Shown here in pieces: positions 1-11,604 of a DNA stretch of 64,000 bases. Under the pieces are notes generated by a model. That model made no database searches and was not told where the DNA came from. It worked only from the letters and a program-made list of their open reading frames with translations. Every line of letters begins with the position of its first letter. Positions within the stretch are counted from its first letter, which is position 1. Origin of the DNA: Macrostomum lignano (Eukaryota); the NCBI GenBank assembly GCA_002269645.1, contig NIVC01000409.1, positions 1-64,000 of the forward strand, given 5' to 3'. Made by a program: the position numbers and the translations under genes.

Positions 1-624
1 CTTCCAGCTGATTCGCTCTCGCAGCATATCTAGCTGCTTTCATACACAGTTGATATCTTCGACCTTGTCAGCGACTACTCTGTACCAGAACTTTACCACA
101 TCTAACTGACCATTGGTTGCAGCTAGCCGAGCTGTCTCAATGCCAAATGTCCCTCATGCATTTGTCAGAATCGCCTGCACCAGAAACTTCACCATGTCTA
201 ACTGACCCTTGCTTGCTGCAGATGCCAGCCATCAAGCAACACTGGTCTCTTGTACTTTGTTCAGCAATCGTTTGCACGAGAAACTTCACCACGTCCAACT
301 GACCTTGCTTGCTGCAGATGCCGAAACTCTCAAGCAACACTGGTCTCTCGTTCTTTGGTCAGTAATTGTCTGGACAAGGAACTTCACAACATCCAACTGA
401 CCCTTGATAGCAGCAAAATTGCCGCATGATGCAGCACCGTTCTTTCATTTTTTGATCGTAGGCAGTCTTACCAGGGTTTCAACAACTTCCACTGACTCTT
501 TCTAGCTGCATATCGCACAGTTTTAATAAAAAAGAGTTTCTCTTTACGTTGCGAAGACGTTGAGATCTGATAACCAACGGATTTTTCTTCACTACGCGAG
601 CGTTTTGAACTCTCAGACGGAGAC
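1..624 (-). pseudogene. Frameshifted exon encoding ~5 copies of a 33-aa helical (ankyrin/TPR-like) repeat; probably the 3' exon of the ANK gene at 974-1482; runs off the window start
   Basis: Minus strand reads ...ITDQRTRDQCCLRVSASAASK(G)QLDVVKFLVQT repeatedly; the DNA period is 96-98 bp instead of 99 (anchors at 101, 197, 294, 392), i.e. 1-3 nt lost per unit. Acceptor ttttag at 625-626 opens an in-frame phase-2 exon (SPSESSKRSRSEEK...KTVRYAARKSQW). Confidence 0.65.
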
Positions 625-786
625 CTAAAAGTGAAAAAAGATGTCTATATTGGAGAAAGCGGCAATTTTCATAGATTCCAGCAAGGAAAATTAATGAAAA
701 CTCTCAACTGAAACTCTTGTTTGATGAAAATCGCACCAAAATTTTTGGTTTTTAGTCCCACAGTTTGGTTGATTAAAACAACTTAC

Positions 787-1482
787 ATTCTTGTTGGCAA
801 ATTTTCCGATGATTTCTGCTCTGTCGCAAGTTCGTCCGGTTTAGAACACTGGCCTTTCTGTTCTGGAGTTGCTACCTGTGGTTTCGCATCATCAGCACTA
901 CAGTTTCAAGTTTTTTATTGTATTCATAAATTACGATTCAATACGCGGTACTAAAACTAATGCATTATCACACCTTACATCTGGAGATTCCGACTTCTCC
1001 AGCACTGCGCGTACAGCCGTTTGCCCTTTGTGTTCCGCCACATCTAGCGGAGTCGCATTGCAAAAGTTCACTTTATCCAAGGATGCGCCGTGCCTTCGTA
1101 AAAGCTTAATGACTTCCAGATTTCCAACAGAAGCTGCTAGATGTAGATGCGTGTTCCCCTCCAGATCCGAGGCGTTCACATCGGCATTCAGTTGAAGCAG
1201 TCGCTCTGCGCACTTTACCAGCCATTTACTTGAAGGCCGCAAGCCTCCACTGGCTGCCACCGTGAGGGGAGTTCTGCCCTCCCAGTCTCTCCAGTTACAG
1301 TTAACACTGTTGACTCTTTTACAAAATTCTTTCTTCTTAGCTTGGCTGATGAGGCAGTTCAGCTTCTCGGCTTCCTGAAATGGTTCAAGAATACGAATTA
1401 TTGTTTTGCATGCAGTTTTATTAAATGAATCTTTTGCAAAGCACCGAAAATGCATTCTTACCGAAATTGACTCCTCGTTCAA
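787..1482 (-). CDS. Ankyrin-repeat protein, 5' exons (1482-974 and 897-787); ORF track version is 931-1482
   Basis: Three ANK motifs (RDWEGRTPLTVAA, SDLEGNTHLHLAASVGNLEVIKLL, NATPLDVAE). A phase-2 donor ag|gtgtga at 973, acceptor at 898 and donor gtaagt at 786 give a frame-consistent join to the exon starting at 624. Confidence 0.75.
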
Positions 1483-1666
1483 TTGAAATTTTTCTCTGAA
1501 AGGTTTTTTACGAATTAAAATTGTAATGAAAAGACTAACATGGTTTATAATTAATATAAAGACCGAAAAATTAAAAACAGAATGTATACTAAAGCACCTA
1601 CATTGTTTATAAAGTACTGATAATTGTAGATAGATATAAAGATCATCAAAACAGTAAGTATTTTAC

Positions 1667-3597
1667 TTACTGCAGAAGAAACAGGCAGATGTCTTGGTAA
1701 CCCTGCTTCCAGGCCGACCAGTAAATGCTGGCATAATTCTTAGCATTGTTTTCAAGCAGAATTTGCGGCTTATGCTTCACAAGAATGCGCACTAGGTCAA
1801 GATTTCCAGCAGAAACAGCCATGCTCAAGGCTGAGCAACCAGAATTGTCCGTGATCTGGTCGGTCGCTCCATTATCTAACAAGATCTCTGTTAGCTGAGA
1901 ATTCTCTTCTTCCACTGCAAGCAGCAATGGCGTCATAGAGCTATTATCTGTGCCGTTGATATCTACACCCAATTTTCTTTCCAACAAGTAGCTCAGTAGA
2001 GCAGCGTTGCCTGACAGGACGGCGCAGTGCAAGACGGAGTGCCTCCGGCTGTCAGTGGCTCTGGGATCGGCTCCTTTGCTAATGAGCATTTTGGCAAACT
2101 CGACATGCGCCTCAGAGCCTTCACAAAAGCCTGTGACTGACGCAGCTGCGGCGCAAAGCAGAGGCGTGCGACCAGGAAATGCTTCGTGTTGATGATGCAG
2201 CACCGAAAGCAGATGGGAGTCGGGGATTTGAGCTAGTTGTGATGTGCCACCAACGGCTGCAAGACGATGGAGAGCGCCTGGAGTCTGAAATTGCATATGG
2301 AGCGTATTATAATTAATTGGCAAACATTGCACAGATCTTTGTAATTGTCTGAATATTTGTTTATTAAGAACCAATTGAAGCATCAAACTTACTAGCAATG
2401 ATTCATCACCACCGAACTGAGTTTTGGCCTCCTCAGCACTGAAATGGTACGAAGGCAGCACAGATTTTAAATTCGCATATTGGATTTGGATTTGGTTAAA
2501 AGAAAGTCTAGCAGAAACAGCATGCATGAGAAACCAGCTTACATTTTAGCTGCTACTTGCAGCAAGATAACAGTATTTCGGCATGGCACAGTGAAGCATT
2601 CCAGTTGAAACGAGTAGTTTTGAGCAAGCTGTTTACACTGTGACACTGCAACACGCAGGAACTGGTCGTCGCAGAATTCACTCAACACCTGTTCCGCTGA
2701 CAGAACCCCAGTATCGTGCAAACGGTCTTCTTTTTCGTACTCAAACAAAATGATTCGAACATTTAATTGAGATTTATTCGATTCCAGTCGAATTCGAGTT
2801 GCATCATGGTTCGGTAGTCGTTTGCGTTGATTTTCAACTGCTTTTCCAGTTCTCAGATACCATTCGCAGGTGCTGAGTTCGTTGAACAGAATGCACAGAT
2901 AGACTGGTGCAGACATTTCCGAACTTTTAAGGATGCAGTTTCTGAACTTTTCATCCAACGCTTCTTCTCCGTTTAGACAGGAAATGATAGCAAGTCTCAT
3001 CGAGCACCGCGGCAGATCTCCCCTCTGTACTGACATTTCTGCAGTGTTCAAGTCTAAAAGCGACTCCAAATGAGTTTCTTCTGGAACTTTCAGCAGATGA
3101 CAAAAGACAAATGCCGAGGCGAGAAAATGCTTCACTAAAATATGATCAAGAAGCTTAGGCTGTACAGATGAGTTCAGGAGTAGTTCGGCCGTGTTTGGAT
3201 CGATTTGAATTCTCAATTGCTTGATTCCAGTCGCTTTATTCAAGTGCGACACGGTTCTGCATAAGTCACTCAGCACTGGAGGGAACGTTTGGTTCAATCG
3301 CTGAATCGAATTCGACAAACCAGCAAAGCACACTTTAACCGAATACAATGATGATACCACAATGCACTGTGATTGATCCGGCTCAGAGATATCTTTCGAG
3401 TCTCGATCATTTAAATCGGAAAAAATGATCTCACAATTTGCGTCCTGGCTGTCTGAAGTCGTCAATACGGCCAGTCTTAGACTGGGGCTGGATTCAGGTC
3501 TGTGAATTTCTTCGAGCTGCATTTGAGAAGGTCTAGAAATGTTACACAGTACCAGAACGTTGCGTCTGATGTCCTCACATGGTTGCAGTAGATTCAT
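1667..3597 (-). CDS. ~631-aa protein: unknown ~350-aa N-terminal region plus C-terminal ankyrin repeats; two exons (3597-2543, 2507-1667)
   Basis: ORFs 2539-3597 and 1667-2527 are joined in frame by a 35-nt intron 2542-2508 (GTAAGC...CTGCTAG; AT|A = Ile). ANK motifs: GRTPLLCAAA, HSVLHCAVLSGN, MTPLLLAVEEEN, CSALSMAVSAGN. Confidence 0.75.
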
Positions 3598-3810
3598 AGT
3601 CTCTGGTTAATGAATTGGCAGCTAAAATCCAAACTGGCTTGAACTGGTATTATGTTTTCTGTAGCTGCAACATTTTCGGTTTTATATGCACGTGATACTG
3701 CTGCAGAAAATATATTTTCGTCACTGCACTGCCACTATCTAGAAACTTCTAGGAAAAATAGTGAAGAGCTGGTCCGGAGTAAAACCAGTTAACTGCGTGT
3801 TGGAAGGGTT

Positions 3811-4179
3811 GTGTCGGTTTTTCCGAGTGGACGAAATTTCTTGAATCTTCTATTCAATGCTGTACAGAGAATGCCATGGATATACTCGCGTGGGGTAGAA
3901 ATTTCTCCAACCCATGCGCGCTGTGGAAAAACACAGGAATGCGAAGGAGACGAAGTCATGGGGCAGAGGTTTCTGCTAGAAGACTGTACAGATGACGAAC
4001 GAGATAGCAAGAGTGTACTACACTTGATCAAGCGTACATTTGAAGCGTCCATAAAGCTTTGCTTTCTGTACCTAAGTAAAGAAGGCTTGGCATTCAGCGT
4101 ATTTGGCAGTATATTTAAAACAAAAATTTATAAAAAGTTTGTTCATAAAGTAGTTTTTACCTACCAAGATACTTTTTGA
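3811..4179 (+). CDS. Short ORF of unknown meaning; possible upstream exon or small gene in the divergent spacer
   Basis: 122-codon open frame with protein-like composition; no motif recognised. Confidence 0.2.
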   Translation: MSVFPSGRNFLNLLFNAVQRMPWIYSRGVEISPTHARCGKTQECEGDEVMGQRFLLEDCTDDERDSKSVLHLIKRTFEASIKLCFLYLSKEGLAFSVFGSIFKTKIYKKFVHKVVFTYQDTF

Positions 4180-4342
4180 AAAAGTTTTAAAACGGTTCCA
4201 TTTTAACTTCACGGTGAGTTTCACGCATTGACAAATGCTTGTTACTTGCACAGAAACTTAAAGTAACAAGGTACAAAAGAAAAAAAATACGCTTCACTAT
4301 TTAACTTATCGAGATGTATTTACTTTTATACTTACTTTGCAG

Positions 4343-5587
4343 ATGGATAATCAAGAATTTCGAATATTTGAGACAAAACTGACGGAAAGAGCAGTCGAAG
4401 AAATTGAAGGACTGATGGAACATGAATGCTTTAGAAATTGTTCAAAGCTAAAACGTAGCGTCGCTTTGATGGTCGTTCTCACCTATGAGCCAAATCAAGA
4501 TAAGCCGTTTTTTCAACTTCACAAGAGGCTTGCAAGCCTGTTTACGTCATTGACCTCAGCACACCAAGGTCAAGAGCCGCGCATATCATTCCGTAGACCT
4601 ATAATCCGGAGAAATCAAGGTCTAATAATAATGGATGAAATGGTGGAACAATGCCTGTGCACTTGGTTGTACGACGACTTGGCCGTGTCAGTAGACATAC
4701 CAAATAACTATAACAAGGGCTTCCAGTCGTCAATGATGTACATGATTGTCGCAGATATTCATCGCTATTTTTCTGCTCGCTTCGAAGACCCGCTCGCAGC
4801 AGTTGAAATTCCTTGCTTTCTCGATACATTTCTTATCAGCAGCGTCAACAATCAAGGGAACTTGGGCGCCTTAGTTGGAGAATACGTCGCCCTAAACGGT
4901 ATATGCTTCGAAAGCCAGCGCCTTGAGGACAACTACAGCTATAGCTGCGAGACGTACAAGTTCGACTTTGCTATCAACGATGGAACACAGGAAACCAAAG
5001 TCTCAGTTAAAAGTGTCAATTTTTCTCCCGTTCAACACTTTGAGAACCCACGAGGCTTTGATCTCTGGGACCCGAATCGAACATGCGACACCGCAAAAAT
5101 GGTGAGAGTTGCAGAGGGCGAAAATGTGCTGCTTCACAGCTGCGACTGTGAGCCTTGCACTCGAGGGCCACTTCAGCGAATCGTCATCAGACAGTCCATG
5201 ATCACTGGCAATGCAGTGTCCTTAGAAACTTTAGAGTGCGAACGCAGGGAAACTTTTGAAAAAGTGATTACCAATTGGTTGCCAAAGGACGCATTCGTGA
5301 GAGATTCGGACTCGAATTCCACCGGATCAGATGAGTCTGACGATGAAGATTCCGACGATGGCGATGAGGATCAGGACAATGGAGATCCCGAATTAGTAGT
5401 CGTCACTTTGGTGGCAGCTAGGATGTTCTTTGAACTACGATACGCTCTCTGTAGCTTTCAGCAGAACAGGTTTAGACATCCGATGCGTTTTAGACTGCGA
5501 GAAAACCTCATCGGCTCCATGGGGCAAATAGGCCCGACTATCAGCTCGATGCCCGGTTTGATAGACAGATCTGCTGCTTTCCAATAA
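4343..5587 (+). CDS. Unknown protein, paralog A of a putative restriction-endonuclease-like (PD-(D/E)XK-type) family
   Basis: 416-codon intact ORF (ATG at 4343 directly after an acceptor-like tttgcag). Collinear similarity to 15583-16887: EIPCFLDTFLISSVNNQGNLGALVGEYVAL / ETYKFDFAI / VSVKSVNF / VLLHSCDCEPC / FELRYAL. Acidic insert near the C-terminus. Confidence is for the coding call; the nuclease label is inference. Confidence 0.85.
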   Translation: MDNQEFRIFETKLTERAVEEIEGLMEHECFRNCSKLKRSVALMVVLTYEPNQDKPFFQLHKRLASLFTSLTSAHQGQEPRISFRRPIIRRNQGLIIMDEMVEQCLCTWLYDDLAVSVDIPNNYNKGFQSSMMYMIVADIHRYFSARFEDPLAAVEIPCFLDTFLISSVNNQGNLGALVGEYVALNGICFESQRLEDNYSYSCETYKFDFAINDGTQETKVSVKSVNFSPVQHFENPRGFDLWDPNRTCDTAKMVRVAEGENVLLHSCDCEPCTRGPLQRIVIRQSMITGNAVSLETLECERRETFEKVITNWLPKDAFVRDSDSNSTGSDESDDEDSDDGDEDQDNGDPELVVVTLVAARMFFELRYALCSFQQNRFRHPMRFRLRENLIGSMGQIGPTISSMPGLIDRSAAFQ

Positions 5588-5890
5588 TTAATAGACACTT
5601 TATGATTTGCTCAGAAGCAAGAACTACAACAAAATCATTCATGAATGTTTTACTGCATCTATATTTATTCATGTAACATCCTACCTAACTATCTTAATAT
5701 TTTTAATAGTGATATTTCACATGTTAAGATTCCATCGAACGTAAGCGCCAAACAACAGATGAACATATTTTTATGTAAATTTAAACACTGTTTTCTAAGA
5801 TGTTTAATCGTATACTGCTACGCTCGTAACACACTTTTTTAGCCATTTGACGGCAGCTTTATCTGCGCTGTCAGTGTAATTTTCTGTATA

Positions 5891-6336
5891 CTATAGCAAG
5901 TTAGCAACTACAAGAACAGATCTAGTGATTAGCAAATCGAAGCTACGTGCTGTCGCAACTGATGCTGTGCTACCGAATTCTAGGAAACTGCTCCGAAACA
6001 TTTTAATAAATTTATGATAAGCACCAAATTTGATTTCGAGGTTTGTTGAAATTTTCCTTTGTTGAGTCAGGCAGTGAAACTCGTGACCCACGATCATCCT
6101 GGCTAAGCAGCTCCAGTGTTAAGGTTCATGACTTCAATTCTGCGTTTGAGCTGATCACATATTAATTTGGCGATTCTTCTTGCTAGGAAATCGGCCGCTG
6201 GATGGTCGTGCGATCCACGCTCGGGAGGGTCAACCCTAGCTAAAAAAGTGCGCTGTGTCAGTTTTATGTTAATCGGAAATGCAAAATCAGGACCGCGTTC
6301 ATTAGCCGTGTTTGTGTCGGGCAGTGAACTGCATAG
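5891..6336 (-). pseudogene. Possible 3' part of a disrupted gene (frameshift near 6100), cut by the 22-bp minisatellite
   Basis: Two adjacent open frames (6336-6103 and 6097-5891) with protein-like composition; no recognisable domain. Confidence 0.3.
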
Positions 6337-6394
6337 CAGTGACGTACCCAGCGGGGAGCCAGGAGTGTCGCTTCCCCCATAATCGTCCCACAAT

Positions 6395-7808
6395 GCCGAT
6401 AATAAGAGACAGGGGTGCCGACAATAAGAGACATGCAGGGGTGCCGACAATTAGAGACAGGGGTGCCGACAATTAGAGACAGGGGTGCCGACAATTAGAG
6501 ACAGGGGTGCCGACAATTAGAAACAGGGGTGCCGACAATAAGAGACAGGGGTGCCGACAATAAGAGACAGGGGTGCCGACAATAAGAGACAGGGGTGCCG
6601 ACAATAAGAGACAGGGGTGCCGACAATAAGAGACAGGGGTGCCGACAATTAGAGACCGGGTGCCGACAATAAGAGACAGGGGTGCCGACAATAAGAGACA
6701 GGGGTGCCGACAATAAGAGACAGGGGTGCCGACAATTAGAGACAGGGGTGCCGACAATAAGAGACAGGGGTGCCGACAATAAGAGACAGGGGTGCCGACA
6801 ATTAGAGACAGGGGTGCCGACAATTAGAGACAGGGGTGCCGACAATTAGAGACCGGGGTGCCGACAATAAGAGACAGGGGGGCCGACAATAAGAGACAGG
6901 GGTGCCGACAATTAGAGACCGGGGTGCCGACAATAAGAGACAGGGGGGCCGACAATTAGAGACAGGGGTGACGACAATTAGAGACCGGGTGCCGACAATA
7001 AGAGACAGGGGTGCCGACAATAAGAGACAGGGGTGCCGACAATAAGAGACAGGGGTGCCGACAATTAGAGACAGGGGTGCCGACAATAAGAGACAGGGGT
7101 GCCGACAATAAGAGACAGGGGTGCCGACAATTAGAGACAGGGGTGCCGACAATTAGAGACAGGGGTGCCGACAATTAGAGACCGGGGTGCCGACAATAAG
7201 AGACAGGGGGGCCGACAATTAGAGACAGGGGTGCCGACAATTAGAGACAGGGGTGCCGACAATTAGAGACAGGGGTGCCGACAATTAGAGACAGGGGTGC
7301 CGATAATTAGAGACAGGGGTGCCGACAATTAGAGACCGGGTGCCGACAATAAGAGACAGGGGGGCCGACAATTAGAGACAGGGGTGACGACAATTAGAGA
7401 CCGGGTGCCGACAATAAGAGACAGGGGTGCCGACAATTAGAGACCGGGTGCCGACAATAAGAGACAGGGGTGCCGACAATAAGAGACAGGGGTGCCGACA
7501 ATTAGAGACAGGGGTGCCGACAATAAGAGACAGGGGTGCCGACAATTAGAGACAGGGGTGCCGACAATTAGAGACAGGGGTGCCGACAATTAGAGACAGG
7601 GGTGCCGACAATTAGAGACAGGGGTGCCGACAATTAGTGACAGGGGTGCCTACAATTAGAAACAGGGGTGCCGACAATAAGAGACAGGGGTGCCGACAAT
7701 AAGAGATCGGGGTGCCGACAATTAGAGACAGGGGTGCCGATAATTAGAGACAGGGGTGCCGATAATTAGAGACAGACAGGTGTGCAGACAATTAGTGACA
7801 GCGACAGG
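6395..7808. repeat. 22-bp minisatellite (GGGGTGCCGACAATAAGAGACA), ~60 copies
   Basis: Direct inspection; units vary mainly at AATAAG/AATTAG. Confidence 0.97.
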
Positions 7809-8125
7809 GGTACCCACCAAGACATCAAATATTGGCGCCCCTCCAATTAAACTCTTATCTACGTCACTTGCGGTTGTACGCTCAGTGGTCAGCGTAATTT
7901 ACGTTACATGTTAACTGCTTGCGTTTTCGCTGCCCGCGGGTCGACTGTAGCTTTGATTTGCTGCATCTCTCCAGACCAGAAATAGCTAATGGTTAAAAGG
8001 ATCTCAGCTCTAAGTCATTTGGTTTATACATGAAAATAAACGAGCCACTAGTTTATATTTGTAACGGGATCCATGGAATTGTGGATTGTACAAACCAGAT
8101 AGCAAAGAAGAATAGCTTTGGCTTA

Positions 8126-8511
8126 TGGCACATTGGTTTCACACTCTTAGATACCCCGGTAATACGAACAGCAGGCAAGTAAGTCTATGGGACGAAGCAG
8201 CGCGAGGGCTCTGGAAAGCGACCCCTAGGAAACAAAATAAGTTTATTTGGCTATTTTCACGCAAGGTAATTGGCAAGGAACGTAGGAAATAAACAGGCGA
8301 GCAAACGATAATAAAAGAAGAAAAAGCAGAGTTAAAAAAAACTTTGAGCTGCAAAAGCCAGGGCGAGCGACGTGGCACAGAGGGCGGCGCGCAGCTATTT
8401 AAGCGAGTGAGCAAACCCCCGCACCCCACGGGGAGGGGTAGAGTGGACGACGCACAAAGACGGCACAAAGTACAGCGCAAGGAGGGGTGGAAGGGGTGGG
8501 GATGGCTAACA
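8126..8511 (-). mobile_element. Possible solo LTR (~386 bp)
   Basis: Minus strand starts TGTTAG and ends GTGCCA; contains a TATA-like TTAAATA and an AATAAA; flanks CTTA (8122-8125) and CCTA (8512-8515) form a 4-bp target duplication with one mismatch; GC-richer than its flanks. Confidence 0.4.
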
Positions 8512-8822
8512 CCTATTTTACTCCAGGCTCACAAAATGAGCCCTAAGAGAAATGGAGACATACTACCGACAATATTCACAGAAGACGCAGCAAGTTTTGA
8601 CATTCTTTGTCACAACTACTGTTATTAATGCTAATGTTTAGTATATACCATAGATCCTATATAATCTTTGGTATATGCAACTGTATACGTTCATTCGAAA
8701 AGTGTTAGTGAAAAAAAATTATTGAATGGAGATTACGTAAATACTCAAGAATGTTTATGTCCCATCTGGTATGAAGGCAAGTCCTTGCATGATTTGCAAA
8801 CCAAAAAATCAATTTCACGCAG

Positions 8823-10057
8823 TTACAATCGTGTCTTATAAATTTTAAAACTGTCTTCCAAAACTTTCCCAAAGAAGGCCACTACATCCGCACAAATTTC
8901 TGTCGACAGTCGATTTGAGAAATGAAGGGCTGCCTCGCAGAATTTGAGTTCAATTTTAGGATCAGTAATTTTTTCGAAGAAATACTCAACTCGGTCCAAA
9001 CGGTTGAGCCTCAAGATAGACTCCATGGCTTCTAACAACCGCTGATCAAGTGAATTCCTGTCTCGAATTGGTTCCAATAACTTCCTCCCTAATTTCCAAT
9101 CTCCACGACCGATCAATGCAATAGAGGCGTTTAATCGGCACTGGTCCTTTAGCGGTTGCTGGCTCACGCATTCTAATAAGAAGTTGAAAAGACTCTGTCG
9201 ATTTTGAACCACAGCCAGTTCGAATGCTTTAGCTGCAGTCTGACTTTTAGTACTCGAGTCTTCAATCTTACCGACAAGTGAGATGGCAACGCTCCATTGT
9301 TGTAAGCTAATGGAGCGTTCAGCTAAGGCCAAGTTTACTGTTTTGCTGTAGCAGGAGTCCCTACTATCGTGGTCCTTGATTTTGCTAATCAACGAACGCG
9401 CTGTGTCCCAGTAGTTCTGCTTGGCTGCGGCTTCTGCTGAAGTGACCAGGCATTTGTCACGGATATGGCTATTCCTCGTGCAATTGGCAAGAAGCAGAGC
9501 TTCAACTGAATAGTCTTGGCTAGCCGCCAATTCTGCGAATTTAGTGAAAAATTCGTTTCTTAATTTGGCATCGTCAATCATTTTCACGAGACGTGCTGTC
9601 ATGTTCCACATGTTCAGTTCCGAGGCCTTCTCAGCGAGTACCAAAATGCAATTTTCTCTTTCTTTTGAATCAGTAACTTGCTCTAAAAAGTTCTCAACGT
9701 CTTCGAAGTCTTTGCTGATGACATTTCGAAGTGAATCCCGCCAATTCTCGGGAACGCCATTAAAAATGTCAGAAACGTAGCTCTCAGCATCTGTAAATTG
9801 TATTGTACTCGTATTTCATCACATGGGTTGGCAGTAAAAATTACATTAAAAATTTCACAATGGCAAATACCAATTTCAGGAGAAATATCTGAGCTCTGAG
9901 CTGATGGTTGTTCGTCTCTAGAAAAATTTCATGTCGGAATAAAAGATTTATAATTTAAGAAAGCACAAGCGAAATAATTTTTACAACGAAAACTCGGTTT
10001 CACTTACTCTTCTTCAGCAATCATATATTCCGAATCGATTCCACTGAAATGTTTCAT
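8823..10057 (-). CDS. 33-aa helical-repeat protein (~8 repeats); exons 10057-10008, 9917-9871, 9790-8823 (~354 aa; may have further upstream exons)
   Basis: Splice phases match (ga|gtaagt; tag|a...g|gtattt; cag|at); total 1065 nt is a multiple of 3. Repeats such as VTDSKERENCILVLAEKASELNMWNMTARLVKM and IKDHDSRDSCYSKTVNLA resemble the unit at 1-624. Confidence 0.75.
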
Positions 10058-11085
10058 TGAAATCTGACACAGGAAGTTTGTTTGTAAACCGAGTAAAATG
10101 ATTAGAATTCAGGACCTATATTGACAGTCAATAAATACGGTAGCTAGCTATCTGAGAAAAAAGTTCCGTATTGTACCTTTCAGTTTTGGTGCTACTACGG
10201 TTACTACGGTCGTATTTTGTATGCCGGATGAGACGACTAATTTGATTTTGCGGTTGACGAACAAAGTTGGATCTGGATAAAAAATGCACAAAGTATTGCG
10301 TTGATAAGAATAAGTTCAGTTATTAAATAAAAATTGTGTTATTTAGTCCTACCCTCTGAAAAAGCTATCAACCACAGGAGGTTTTTTATTTGATCCAGCG
10401 TCGTCCGTCTGAGATATGTCGGCAGTCACTGACGGTACTACTTGCACCAGCTGTGAACCAGTCGGCTGCGCTGAACTCGCTACGGTTTGCTCTGGCTTCT
10501 CGACCGTGTCTCTGAAGAGTGATTCAAAGTTTGTCGTGCAATTTACAAACATGAGGACTGATCCCCAAGGCACAGAGTGTACAACTACTGAGTGTACAGG
10601 ATGCGTGACGATTAGAAAGCTACGTGTAAAAATAAGTGCCTGTGTACATGTACAGTATTGGCGCGTTTATCTGTGCTCACGAATCAGCGGAATGGGCAGA
10701 ATTATCTCAACGTTGGTTTTGAGGCGATGTCGATGAGGGCTTTGCGAAGGGGGCCCAGAACCCCTCTGTAGATACATTATTGTCATTATTACTAGCTAGC
10801 TCATAATAAAAAAATGGAATGCCATAGGATTTTTGCAGTCAGGGTAAAGACAGTCGAAATTATATTCGCAGATTTCTCTGAAAATTCTAAATTACGAGAC
10901 ATTTTGGTAATTTGAATCTTGAAAAGTCACAGGGAAGATATGAAGGAGTGAAAAGTTACAACTGAAGTTTCAGGAAGAAATGAAAACAAAAACTAGATTA
11001 TTGATCCCTTGGGAAAATTATCAAGCATACGCTCGTAGTTTGTACGGTACTTCAATTTTTGAGAGATTAAATTGAGGCTGAAACT

Positions 11086-11604
11086 TTACCCTGGTAGCTT
11101 CCGTAGCAAAGCTGCAATTTCGTCATCGTTCTTCATCTCGGCCCATCGTGCGGCAGTGCGACCTTCGCAGTCAGTCAAGTTCCTATCGGCCCCAAAACTG
11201 AGAAGCAGTTCAACCGCTCGACGTTTGCCATTTTCTGAGGCGCACATTAGCGGCGTTTTGCCGGCTTGGTCGGGCGAGTTGACTGAAGCGCCGGCTTTCA
11301 CTAGCAGCTTGATCGAAGCTTCTCTGTCGTAGCGAGCCGCCCAGTGAAGACAGCTGGAACCAAACACATCGGTGCAGCTTGAATCTGCATAGTTGGCCAG
11401 AAGTTTTAGATTTTCTTGACTGCACCGCCTGCTCCAGACTGCTCGCATGAAGACGGTTTGACCCAAAGCGTTAGGCAGGTCGCAGTTGGTGTGGTCTGCC
11501 AACTGCTTCAATTCACCGTCTGGGTCGCCTTTTTGCACCAGGCTGAAAAGCTTTGTTTGAGCAGACTCTTGCTGCAATAGAGGATTTACCATGGATTTTG
11601 GCAT
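11086..11604 (-). CDS. Ankyrin-repeat protein (4 repeats), 172 aa as an ORF; may splice onward
   Basis: GQTVFMRAV, GSSCLHWAARYD, GKTPLMCASENGKRRAVELLLSFGAD, GRTAARWAE. A phase-2 donor-like gg|gtaaag overlaps the stop. Confidence 0.9.
   Translation of the reverse strand: MPKSMVNPLLQQESAQTKLFSLVQKGDPDGELKQLADHTNCDLPNALGQTVFMRAVWSRRCSQENLKLLANYADSSCTDVFGSSCLHWAARYDREASIKLLVKAGASVNSPDQAGKTPLMCASENGKRRAVELLLSFGADRNLTDCEGRTAARWAEMKNDDEIAALLRKLPG

Noticed and set aside
6264-7174. Many overlapping ORFs (MSAPLSLIVGTPVS...)
   Set aside because: They are translations of the 22-bp minisatellite in all frames.
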